Part shown: in pieces, positions 56,240-64,000 of the stretch | How positions within the stretch are numbered: the stretch's first letter is position 1 | How the letters are laid out: each line of letters begins with the position of its first letter | Source: Escherichia phage ph0021 | Reading direction: 5' to 3' (one strand) | Sequence record: OP557970.1 | Length of the DNA: 64,000 nucleotides | Program-made: the position numbers and the translations under genes | The notes under the pieces: model-generated | Seen by the model: the letters and a program-made list of their open reading frames with translations, nothing else | Told to the model about the DNA's origin: nothing | Databases searched by the model: none

Positions 56240-57373
56240 TTATGGATAGGTATAGATGATACCAGTTTCTAAAGCAGTTTTGTGAATGATGTATCCATTA
56301 CGCGATTCTTGGACATCAACTTCTGGATAGTCTTTCATCATCTTCTGAAGAGTGTAACGATGCAGGTAGTATTTACTATCTGGATCTTCAGTTTTCCAAT
56401 CTTTACCTTCTTCGGTCATTTTTTGGATTTCATCCATAACCCACCAACCGCACCAAATGTAAGCTGAAGTACGATGTGGAAGAGGATGAACATAAGGTAG
56501 TTCACCTTCTGGTTCTGGAGCAACTTTATCAGTCACTTGAACTTGACCTTCTGCTGTAATAGTTTTGCTATCGTAATCAGTTGCAGTAATAGTTGCAGTA
56601 ACTTCAATAGTTTGACTTCCAATAGATGAGGTATCAACGGTATATACATTAGTTGACCCTTCTACAGGAAAAGAATCTTTCTTCCATGAATACGCAATTT
56701 GCGCTTCTTCTGGAGCATCAGTGACATTAGCAGTAAATGTAGCCGAAGCATCTTGTTGAACGTTAATAGAAGGAGGAGTCAATGTAACCTGTGGATTCAT
56801 TGTCTTCTTATTAACTGTTAATGATACTTCATTCGAAGTAACTTCCTTTTCATTGTAATTTTCAGCAGTTACTTGGGCTACGCATTTAATTCTTTTTACT
56901 CCACTTGTAGTTGGAGTATATCTAAATGTAGAGTTAGTTTCTCCACCAACTTGTGAATCATCTACATACCACTGATACGTAGCAGATGCTCCATCAGGTT
57001 GAGAAGCCAAAGCAGCAGTAAATTCAACAGCTGTTCCAATCACTCCAGCCGCAGGACTAGCAGGAGTTACGGCTAAGGTAGTTGTCTGTGTCTTATTTTG
57101 AACTGTGATAGTTGTAGTAGCTTCTGCTGTTTCAGCATCAGTATCTGGGACTGGGTTTGTTGCAACTACTTTAATAGTCTTTTGACCGGCAGGTCCTTTT
57201 AATACATAACTAAAAGTTGCTTCAGCTCCATCTTGTGGAACATCATCTACAGTCCAAGCATAGGTAATAGTTCCGTCTCCAGTTTGACCACTGGGTGTAG
57301 CAGTAAACTGCTTAGTTTCATCAATAACCCCCCCTGTCGGTGTTTTAGGAGTTATATCAACTGTAAAAGCCAT
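56240..57373 (-). CDS. hoc: Hoc highly immunogenic outer capsid protein (Ig-like domains)
   Basis: 377 aa; repeated Ig-like segments rich in T/V/A; T4 Hoc length and position. Confidence 0.9.
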   Translation of the reverse strand: MAFTVDITPKTPTGGVIDETKQFTATPSGQTGDGTITYAWTVDDVPQDGAEATFSYVLKGPAGQKTIKVVATNPVPDTDAETAEATTTITVQNKTQTTTLAVTPASPAAGVIGTAVEFTAALASQPDGASATYQWYVDDSQVGGETNSTFRYTPTTSGVKRIKCVAQVTAENYNEKEVTSNEVSLTVNKKTMNPQVTLTPPSINVQQDASATFTANVTDAPEEAQIAYSWKKDSFPVEGSTNVYTVDTSSIGSQTIEVTATITATDYDSKTITAEGQVQVTDKVAPEPEGELPYVHPLPHRTSAYIWCGWWVMDEIQKMTEEGKDWKTEDPDSKYYLHRYTLQKMMKDYPEVDVQESRNGYIIHKTALETGIIYTYP

Positions 57374-57382
57374 AAGTTATCC

Positions 57383-58063
57383 TTATTTTAATGTTACGAA
57401 AGAAGAATTGCGTGTTTCACGAATTAAAACTGATCCGTCACGGTTAATGTAATAAATTAAGCTAAATAAAGTTTGGTGTGCTGATGCATGCTCAAAACTA
57501 GTTGGGTGAGATTTCCAATCCGGAGTTTCAGCAATCCATTGATAAATCCACCAAGGAACAGTGCAGAATCCTGGATTTTTTCCAATCAGCTGAAGATTTG
57601 GGCTAAAGTTTTCCGGAAGAGTAAATACAGACGGCTTTTCAGATTCAATAATCTCAGCTATAGCCTGTTCAAATTTTTCTTCAACAAAAGGAGTATCTTC
57701 AATCAAAACTGAGGTATTTTCAGGAATTTTATCCGTTTCTACTACTTCAATTTTAATGTCAGATTTAACCGGAGAATCAATCAGAAGTGCTGCTTCTGGA
57801 TTGACTTCTTCATCGTCATATTTTAACCCCTCTGCAGCATCAGCAGCATCAATTAAGTCTTTAATAGATAACCCATCAGTCTCCGGCATAGGTTCACTAG
57901 CGAGCTTCTGGAGGGCTTCTTCAATATCAACAACGATATTATCAAAAGATTTATTCTTTTTGACCTTTATACCAAACTGTTCAGCATATTCAGCTAATTT
58001 AGCTTTAGCTTCTTTGTTATCATCAAGAGCCTTCAGCTCTGCAATATAATCTTTATCTATCAT
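57383..58063 (-). CDS. inh: Inh, inhibitor of prohead protease
   Basis: 226 aa ORF at the T4 inh position between hoc and uvsW. Confidence 0.6.
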   Translation of the reverse strand: MIDKDYIAELKALDDNKEAKAKLAEYAEQFGIKVKKNKSFDNIVVDIEEALQKLASEPMPETDGLSIKDLIDAADAAEGLKYDDEEVNPEAALLIDSPVKSDIKIEVVETDKIPENTSVLIEDTPFVEEKFEQAIAEIIESEKPSVFTLPENFSPNLQLIGKNPGFCTVPWWIYQWIAETPDWKSHPTSFEHASAHQTLFSLIYYINRDGSVLIRETRNSSFVTLK

Positions 58064-58076
58064 AATATTTCCTCAG

Positions 58077-58084
58077 TATAAATA
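58077..58084 (+). promoter_or_regulatory. Late promoter (TATAAATA) for uvsW
   Basis: TATAAATA about 30 nt upstream of the uvsW ATG. Confidence 0.55.
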
Positions 58085-58113
58085 TAGATATATTTATTAC
58101 ATGGTATTTAGAC

Positions 58114-59625
58114 ATGACTGACATTAAAGTACATTTTTATGATTTTAGTCACGTGAGAATTGATTGTGAAGAAAGTACATTTCATGAACTCCGTGATTTC
58201 TTTAGCTTTGAAGCTGATGGGTATCGTTTTAATCCGAAGTACAGATATGGCCACTGGGATGGACGAATCCGTCTGTTAGATTATAATCGTCTTCTTCCAT
58301 TCGGCTTAGTCGGGCAAATTAAAAAGTTCTGTGATAACTTTGGCTATAAAGCCTGGATTGACCCACAAATTAACGAAAAAGAAGAATTATCAAGAAAAGA
58401 TTTTGATGAATGGCTTTCTAAATTAGAAATCTATTCAGGAAATAAAAGAATTGAACCCCACTGGTATCAAAAAGATGCAGTGTTCGAAGGATTAGTTAAT
58501 CGTCGTAGAATTCTTAATCTTCCAACTTCGGCTGGTAAATCTTTAATTCAAGCTTTGCTTGCGCGATATTATTTTGAAAATTATGAAGGTAAAATTCTTA
58601 TCATTGTTCCAACAACTGCTCTGACAACTCAGATGGCTGATGACTTCGTCGACTATCGTCTATTCAGTCATGCAATGATAAAGAAAATTGGTGGCGGAGC
58701 ATCAAAAGATGATAAATATAAAAATGATGCGCCAGTCGTTGTTGGTACATGGCAAACTGTAGTAAAACAACCAAAAGAATGGTTCTCACAGTTTGGAATG
58801 ATGATGAATGATGAATGCCATCTTGCTACAGGAAAAAGTATTTCATCTATCATATCAGGATTAAATAACTGTATGTTTAAATTTGGTCTATCTGGTTCAT
58901 TACGTGATGGCAAAGCCAATATCATGCAGTATGTTGGAATGTTCGGTGAAATATTTAAGCCAGTAACGACTTCTAAGTTAATGGAAGATGGACAAGTAAC
59001 TGAGCTAAAAATTAATAGTATTTTTCTTCGTTATCCTGATGAGTTCACTACTAAATTAAAGGGAAAAACTTATCAAGAAGAAATAAAAATTATTACGGGG
59101 CTTAGTAAAAGAAATAAATGGATCGCTAAATTAGCTATTAAGCTTGCGCAGAAAGATGAAAACGCTTTTGTCATGTTTAAACATGTATCGCATGGTAAAG
59201 CTATTTTCGATTTAATTAAAAATGAATACGATAAAGTTTATTACGTATCAGGGGAAGTTGATACCGAAACCCGCAATATAATGAAAACCTTAGCTGAAAA
59301 TGGTAAAGGAATAATTATAGTAGCTAGTTATGGTGTATTTTCTACTGGTATTTCAGTTAAAAATCTGCATCATGTTGTTTTAGCGCACGGTGTTAAATCA
59401 AAAATCATTGTATTACAAACAATCGGTCGTGTATTACGTAAGCATGGTTCTAAAACAATTGCAACAGTCTGGGACCTCATAGATGACGCAGGCGTCAAGC
59501 CAAAATCTGCTAATACGAAAAAGAAATATGTTCATTTGAACTATCTTTTAAAACACGGCATTGATCGTATTCAGCGCTACGCAGATGAAAAATTTAATTA
59601 CGTAATGAAAACAGTTAATTTATAA
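58114..59625 (+). CDS. uvsW: UvsW RNA-DNA and DNA-DNA helicase
   Basis: 503 aa; SF2 helicase motifs (PTSAGKS, DECH); T4 UvsW recognised. Confidence 0.95.
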   Translation: MTDIKVHFYDFSHVRIDCEESTFHELRDFFSFEADGYRFNPKYRYGHWDGRIRLLDYNRLLPFGLVGQIKKFCDNFGYKAWIDPQINEKEELSRKDFDEWLSKLEIYSGNKRIEPHWYQKDAVFEGLVNRRRILNLPTSAGKSLIQALLARYYFENYEGKILIIVPTTALTTQMADDFVDYRLFSHAMIKKIGGGASKDDKYKNDAPVVVGTWQTVVKQPKEWFSQFGMMMNDECHLATGKSISSIISGLNNCMFKFGLSGSLRDGKANIMQYVGMFGEIFKPVTTSKLMEDGQVTELKINSIFLRYPDEFTTKLKGKTYQEEIKIITGLSKRNKWIAKLAIKLAQKDENAFVMFKHVSHGKAIFDLIKNEYDKVYYVSGEVDTETRNIMKTLAENGKGIIIVASYGVFSTGISVKNLHHVVLAHGVKSKIIVLQTIGRVLRKHGSKTIATVWDLIDDAGVKPKSANTKKKYVHLNYLLKHGIDRIQRYADEKFNYVMKTVNL

Positions 59626-59637
59626 GGGCTTCGGCCC
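59626..59637 (+). other. UUCG-tetraloop hairpin between uvsW and uvsW.1
   Basis: GGGC-UUCG-GCCC immediately after the uvsW stop and before the GGAG of uvsW.1. Confidence 0.45.
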
Positions 59638-59638
59638 T

Positions 59639-59881
59639 TTGGAGAAAAAGATGTTACTAGAATTTAAACAATTTCTTTATGAAGCTTCTATTGATGAATT
59701 TATGGGTAAAATTGCCTCTTGTCAAACATTAGAAGGTTTAGAAGAACTTGAAGCTTATTATAAGAAAAGAGTTAAAGAAACAGAACTCAAAGATACTGAT
59801 GATATCTCAGTCAGAGATGCTTTGGCAGGAAAAAGAGCTGAATTAGAAGATTCAGACGATGAAGTAGAAGAAAGCTTTTAA
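59639..59881 (+). CDS. uvsW.1: UvsW.1 small acidic protein
   Basis: 80 aa ORF directly after uvsW. Confidence 0.75.
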   Translation: MEKKMLLEFKQFLYEASIDEFMGKIASCQTLEGLEELEAYYKKRVKETELKDTDDISVRDALAGKRAELEDSDDEVEESF

Positions 59882-59937
59882 ATTAAAAAAGGCCCAACCA
59901 AAAAAGGAAGGGCCAAAACTATAGACTAAAGGTCACA

Positions 59938-60105
59938 CTATAGCAAAAGTTGTGTTTCATTTAATTGTTCTTCCGAACTTTCTGAAACTGGTAGTTCTTT
60001 AATGTAATTATAGCAAGGCCCAGGATGTACAGGACCTTTGTCTGTTTCAACAACCAATGCAGAATCGATTGGAGTTTTACAGACAACACAAATCTTATCT
60101 GACAT
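59938..60105 (-). CDS. UvsY.-2-like small Cys-containing protein (55 aa)
   Basis: Hand-translated MSDKICVVCKTPIDSALVVETDKGPVHPGPCYNYIKELPVSESSEEQLNETQLLL; below the 60-aa cutoff of the ORF track. Confidence 0.5.
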   Translation of the reverse strand: MSDKICVVCKTPIDSALVVETDKGPVHPGPCYNYIKELPVSESSEEQLNETQLLL

Positions 60106-60133
60106 GATTGTCTCCTCTGAATTATATATCTAT

Positions 60134-60358
60134 TTATACAACTCTCATATGCATATCAATGCCCATATCTTTAGAATAAAAATATTCATCAAGATATCCG
60201 GCAAATTTTCCTTTAATATAAAGGACATCTTCACCACACGGGTGATCGGCCAGGATACGAATATCCTGACGCTTGAGATTATACTTTTTCATTAAGAATT
60301 GAATTTCCGTTTCAAATTCTTCTTCATAATTAAAAGCATCATCAATGCTATATCTCAT
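60134..60358 (-). CDS. UvsY.-1-like protein
   Basis: 74 aa ORF immediately downstream of uvsY, 1-nt overlap. Confidence 0.6.
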   Translation of the reverse strand: MRYSIDDAFNYEEEFETEIQFLMKKYNLKRQDIRILADHPCGEDVLYIKGKFAGYLDEYFYSKDMGIDMHMRVV

Positions 60359-60771
60359 TATTTTCCAGCCTCAAATGCCCGCATGTCTTGAATATGCTTA
60401 ATAGCAAATCCACGTGATTTAATAGCATCAAGAGCTCCGCTACAGAAATCCAATAAAATCCCCCAATACTGTAACGAGGTATCAACCTTTAAAACATCCT
60501 TATCAGCTGATAAAACTGTCTTCATTTCTGATTTCTCATAGCGGTCCATACTAAATTCATCACCATCTCCTCGTCCCGAGTAATAGTCTAATTTAGCTTT
60601 AAGAGCAACTTTTTTCTGTGCATCAATTCTAAGCATTTCCTTTTTAATACTTGAATGCTTATTGAGCCATTTACTATATAACATCACATTATTAGCTGCT
60701 TCATACTGTAATTTAGACGAATCTATAAACACATCTTTCTTCAATTCTTCTTGAAGATCTTCTAATCTCAT
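60358..60771 (-). CDS. uvsY: UvsY recombination mediator protein
   Basis: 137 aa, T4 UvsY length and position. Confidence 0.9.
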   Translation of the reverse strand: MRLEDLQEELKKDVFIDSSKLQYEAANNVMLYSKWLNKHSSIKKEMLRIDAQKKVALKAKLDYYSGRGDGDEFSMDRYEKSEMKTVLSADKDVLKVDTSLQYWGILLDFCSGALDAIKSRGFAIKHIQDMRAFEAGK

Positions 60772-60811
60772 ATTGTTCTCTATTCAATTGTTATTGGATG
60801 GACTTAGATTC

Positions 60812-60837
60812 ATTATACCACGTTTATACGTGAAGCA
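60812..60837 (-). promoter_or_regulatory. MotA-dependent middle promoter for uvsY (MotA box plus -10)
   Basis: Minus strand AATGCTTCA, 13 nt, TATAAT, about 40 nt upstream of the uvsY ATG. Confidence 0.55.
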
Positions 60838-61236
60838 TTATACTCTATTACTGGAAGCCAGTTGCAGTTTTATCTGCTCAATATCATCAGGGTTATCGAT
60901 GACCGAAAAGCGTATTTCTACTATCAGAGTATAATCATCATAAACTGGTATTACATTAACTGCTAATTTATCAATACGTGGCTCGTAGTTTCTTACTGCG
61001 CTTTCGATATTGCGCTCAACCGTGTCAGCAGTAAGAGGAGTCATATTCTCAAAAAGTTGGTCAGATAAATCGCATCCAAATTCTGGGTCAAATGGCCTTG
61101 ACCCTTTCCTGGTTGTAATAATTCCCAAAAGGCTATTTTTAATTGACCTTAATCCAAGAGATCTAGAAACGTCTTTGTCCCAATCCATTTTCATCTCTGG
61201 GTCAATATCAGAATAAAGCTTATTAATATTTGCCAT
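60838..61236 (-). CDS. 25: gp25 baseplate wedge protein
   Basis: 132 aa, T4 gp25 length. Confidence 0.95.
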   Translation of the reverse strand: MANINKLYSDIDPEMKMDWDKDVSRSLGLRSIKNSLLGIITTRKGSRPFDPEFGCDLSDQLFENMTPLTADTVERNIESAVRNYEPRIDKLAVNVIPVYDDYTLIVEIRFSVIDNPDDIEQIKLQLASSNRV

Positions 61237-61862
61237 TACAATAGCTCAAAGAATTCTTTGAGTCCTCTTATTACATGAGCGTGAGTTTTTCCACACTCTG
61301 GACATTTAATTGGAACAGCCAAATAAACAGTAGGCTTTAAAAGCATATCTTTTATAGCTACAATATCTGACTCTGTGATGATAGAATATAAATCTTCCAG
61401 TTCTTTTTCATTTAAGTCTTCAACTGGAATGCTTTCACCGTTAGCGTGAATCGTTTCTATACATGATACTATCATGTGGGCTATATTTTTATCATCAAAA
61501 ATTTTAGGGTAATGGAATTTAATTTTAATGTCACCCAGTGTATACCAGAGGTCTTCTGGTGCATCTATTTGTGTATGTAATAGATTTATATGGGTTGGTA
61601 TTTCAGTTCCGCAGGTGCACTTCCAGGAGTTTTCGTGATTAACTTCGCCAAGAGAATGTGCCCATAAATGAATCAACAATAGTTCTGATTCTTGACGATT
61701 TAAATCTTTTGCATTTGTGCAGTCTTTGATTAGCTTTTTAACAATTACTTCTACGGAACCATTATTTTTGGCAGTAATAAGTTCTAGATATTCTTTAAGC
61801 GTGAATGCGCGACAGTTGATTATTTTAGAACCAACTCTCACATCAAATTTGTATTCATACAT
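61236..61862 (-). CDS. 26: gp26 baseplate hub protein
   Basis: 208 aa, T4 gp26 length. Confidence 0.9.
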   Translation of the reverse strand: MYEYKFDVRVGSKIINCRAFTLKEYLELITAKNNGSVEVIVKKLIKDCTNAKDLNRQESELLLIHLWAHSLGEVNHENSWKCTCGTEIPTHINLLHTQIDAPEDLWYTLGDIKIKFHYPKIFDDKNIAHMIVSCIETIHANGESIPVEDLNEKELEDLYSIITESDIVAIKDMLLKPTVYLAVPIKCPECGKTHAHVIRGLKEFFELL

Positions 61863-61883
61863 ATTTAGCTCCTTTATTTATCA

Positions 61884-61895
61884 TATTTATAAATA
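61884..61895. promoter_or_regulatory. Overlapping divergent late promoters (TATAAATA on both strands)
   Basis: Plus-strand TATTTATAAATA: minus TATAAATA at 61884-61891 for gene 26, plus TATAAATA at 61888-61895 for gene 51. Confidence 0.55.
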
Positions 61896-61912
61896 GAATA
61901 AAAGGAGCATCT

Positions 61913-62665
61913 ATGGCAAACATTATTCGTTGTAAATTACCAGATGGTGTTCATCGTTTTAAACCATTTACGGTAGAAGATTATCGAGATTTTTTGTTAG
62001 TTCGAAACGATATAGAACATCGGTCACCACAAGAACAAAAAGAAGTAATTGCTGATTTAATTGCTGATTATTTTGGAGACTATCCAAAGACTTGGCAACC
62101 ATTTATATTTTTGCAGGTATTTGTAGGTTCAATAGGTAAAACTAAAGTACCAGTCACATTTGTATGTCCAAAATGTAAAAAAGAAAAGACAGTTCCATTT
62201 GAAATATATCAAAAAGAATTAAAGGAACCTATTTTTGATGTAGCTAATGTTAAAATTAAATTAAATTTTCCTTCTGAGTTTTATGAAAATAAAGCAAAGA
62301 TGATTACTGAAAATATTCATTCTGTTCAAGTAGATGAAATGTGGTATGATTGGAAGGAAATTAGTGAATCAAGTCAAATAGAACTTGTTGACGCCATCGA
62401 GATAGAAACATTAGAAAAAATTCTCGATGCAATGAATCCTATTAATTTAACATTGCACATGTCGTGTTGCGATAAGTACATTAAAAAATACACTGATATA
62501 GTAGATGTGTTTAAGCTATTAGTTAATCCAGATGAGATATTTACTTTTTATCAAATCAATCACACACTCGTAAAAAGTAATTATAGCTTAAATTCAATAA
62601 TGAAAATGATTCCTGCCGAGCGCGGATTCGTATTAAAACTGATTGAGAAGGATAAACATCAATGA
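61913..62665 (+). CDS. 51: gp51 baseplate hub assembly catalyst
   Basis: 250 aa, T4 gp51 position. Confidence 0.9.
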   Translation: MANIIRCKLPDGVHRFKPFTVEDYRDFLLVRNDIEHRSPQEQKEVIADLIADYFGDYPKTWQPFIFLQVFVGSIGKTKVPVTFVCPKCKKEKTVPFEIYQKELKEPIFDVANVKIKLNFPSEFYENKAKMITENIHSVQVDEMWYDWKEISESSQIELVDAIEIETLEKILDAMNPINLTLHMSCCDKYIKKYTDIVDVFKLLVNPDEIFTFYQINHTLVKSNYSLNSIMKMIPAERGFVLKLIEKDKHQ

Positions 62666-63834
62666 GTATGTTACAACGTCCTGGATATCCAAATCTCAGC
62701 GTTAAATTATTTGAGAGTTATGACGCTTGGAGTAATAATAGATTTGTTGAATTAGCTGCTACTATTACCACATTAACTATGCGTGACTCTCTTTATGGTC
62801 GAAATGAAGGAATGCTGCAGTTTTATGATTCTAAAAACATCCATACAAAAATGGATGGAAATGAAATAATTCAGATTTCTGTAGCTAATGCAAACGATAT
62901 TAATAATGTTAAAACACGAATTTATGGATGCAAGCATTTTTCCGTGTCAGTAGATTCAAAAGGCGATAACATCATTGCTATTGAATTGGGAACTATTCAT
63001 TCTATAGAAAATCTTAAATTTGGTAGACCATTTTTCCCTGATGCCGGTGAATCTATAAAGGAAATGCTTGGCGTAATTTATCAAGATCGTACATTATTAA
63101 CTCCAGCGATAAATGCTATTAATGCTTATGTTCCTGATATTCCATGGACTAGCACATTTGAAAACTATTTGTCATATGTAAGAGAAGTTGCTCTAGCGGT
63201 AGGAAGCGATAAGTTCGTATTTGTATGGCAAGACATCATGGGAGTTAACATGATGGACTATGATATGATGATAAATCAAGAACCATATCCAATGATTGTC
63301 GGTGAGCCAACTTTAATAGGTCAATTCGTCCAAGAATTGAAATATCCATTAGCATATGATTTTGTTTGGTTGACTAAATCAAATCCGCATAAACGCGATC
63401 CAATGAAAAATGCTACTATCTATGCTCATTCATTTTTAGATTCTTCATTACCAATGATTACTACAGGAAAGGGTGAAAACTCTATTGTAGTGTCAAGGTC
63501 AGGTGCTTATTCTGAAATGACTTATAGAAATGGATATGAAGAAGCTATTCGTCTTCAGACTATGGCGCAGTATGATGGTTACGCTAAATGTTCTACTGTC
63601 GGTAATTTTAACTTGACTCCTGGCGTTAAAATTATTTTTAATGATAGTAAAAACCAATTTAAAACAGAATTTTACGTTGATGAAGTTATTCACGAATTAT
63701 CAAATAATAATTCCGTAACTCATCTTTATATGTTCACTAATGCAACGAAACTGGAAACAATCGACCCAGTTAAGGTTAAAAATGAATTTAAAACTGATAC
63801 TACCACTGAAGAAAGTAGTTCTTCCGATAAGTAA
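62662..63834 (+). CDS. 27: gp27 baseplate hub subunit
   Basis: 390 aa; T4 gp27 sequence recognised. Confidence 0.95.
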   Translation: MSMLQRPGYPNLSVKLFESYDAWSNNRFVELAATITTLTMRDSLYGRNEGMLQFYDSKNIHTKMDGNEIIQISVANANDINNVKTRIYGCKHFSVSVDSKGDNIIAIELGTIHSIENLKFGRPFFPDAGESIKEMLGVIYQDRTLLTPAINAINAYVPDIPWTSTFENYLSYVREVALAVGSDKFVFVWQDIMGVNMMDYDMMINQEPYPMIVGEPTLIGQFVQELKYPLAYDFVWLTKSNPHKRDPMKNATIYAHSFLDSSLPMITTGKGENSIVVSRSGAYSEMTYRNGYEEAIRLQTMAQYDGYAKCSTVGNFNLTPGVKIIFNDSKNQFKTEFYVDEVIHELSNNNSVTHLYMFTNATKLETIDPVKVKNEFKTDTTTEESSSSDK

Positions 63835-64000
63835 TAAAGAAGTTTCTATTCCTAAGATGGGTCTTAAACATTATAACATTTTAAAAGATGTTAAAGGTCC
63901 TGATGAAAATTTAAAGCTTCTTATTGATTCTATTTGTCCAAATTTATCACCGGCAGAAGTTGATTTCGTTTCTATTCATTTGCTAGAATTTAATGGAAAG
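63782..64000 (+). CDS. 28: gp28 baseplate hub protein, 5-prime partial (runs off window)
   Basis: Hand-translated [73 protein letters not shown]; overlaps the gp27 3-prime end; no stop before window end. Confidence 0.7.
   Translation, partial: MNLKLILPLKKVVLPISNKEVSIPKMGLKHYNILKDVKGPDENLKLLIDSICPNLSPAEVDFVSIHLLEFNGK

Noticed and set aside
59882-59937. Possible bidirectional terminator between uvsW.1 and uvsY.-2
   Set aside because: Only a weak GGCCC...GGGCC pairing with a 14-nt loop; not convincing as an intrinsic terminator.

Overview
This window is a contiguous segment of a T4-like (T-even, Tequatrovirus-type) Escherichia phage genome, in T4 map orientation and almost gene-for-gene collinear with T4. 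Positions 1-24052 are minus-strand early/middle genes: a P-loop ATPase and a nucleotidyltransferase, rI.-1, rI, tk, a tk.1-tk.4 block containing a macro-domain protein, vs, an SLT-like vs.1, regB, a vs.3-vs.8 block containing a Vs.4/Acb2-like protein and a GrcA-like glycyl-radical protein, an IPIII-like internal protein, lysozyme e, nudE, a block of small membrane and hypothetical proteins, two further internal-protein-like genes, a structured-RNA region, 11 tRNA genes, an ipI-like gene, 57B (Acb1), 57A, and genes 1, 3, 2, 4. Positions 24100-54627 are the plus-strand late morphogenesis module 53, 5, 5.1, 5.4, 6-12, wac, 13-20, 67, 68, 21-24, followed by rnlB, hoc, inh, uvsW, uvsW.1, uvsY.-2, uvsY.-1, uvsY, 25, 26, 51, 27 and the start of 28. 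Many proteins match T4 as I recall it, including lysozyme e with only a few substitutions. Differences from T4 (from memory, not searched): an HNH-type endonuclease ORF inserted between genes 18 and 19, no segD between 23 and 24, no segE between inh and uvsW, no denV or ipII, and 11 rather than 8 tRNAs (extra Tyr, Asn, His). Regulatory signals read directly from the sequence: a family of T4-type early promoters (GTTTAC, 18-nt spacer, TACTAT/TATAAT), TATAAATA late promoters, one MotA-box middle promoter, and UUCG-tetraloop hairpin terminators. No CRISPR array, integrase or intron was seen. All homology calls rest on sequence reading and recall; none was confirmed by a database search. I found no single clearly novel system; the best candidates for undescribed biology are the accessory early blocks (1-4616, 12524-16730, 18589-19980) and the HNH insertion.
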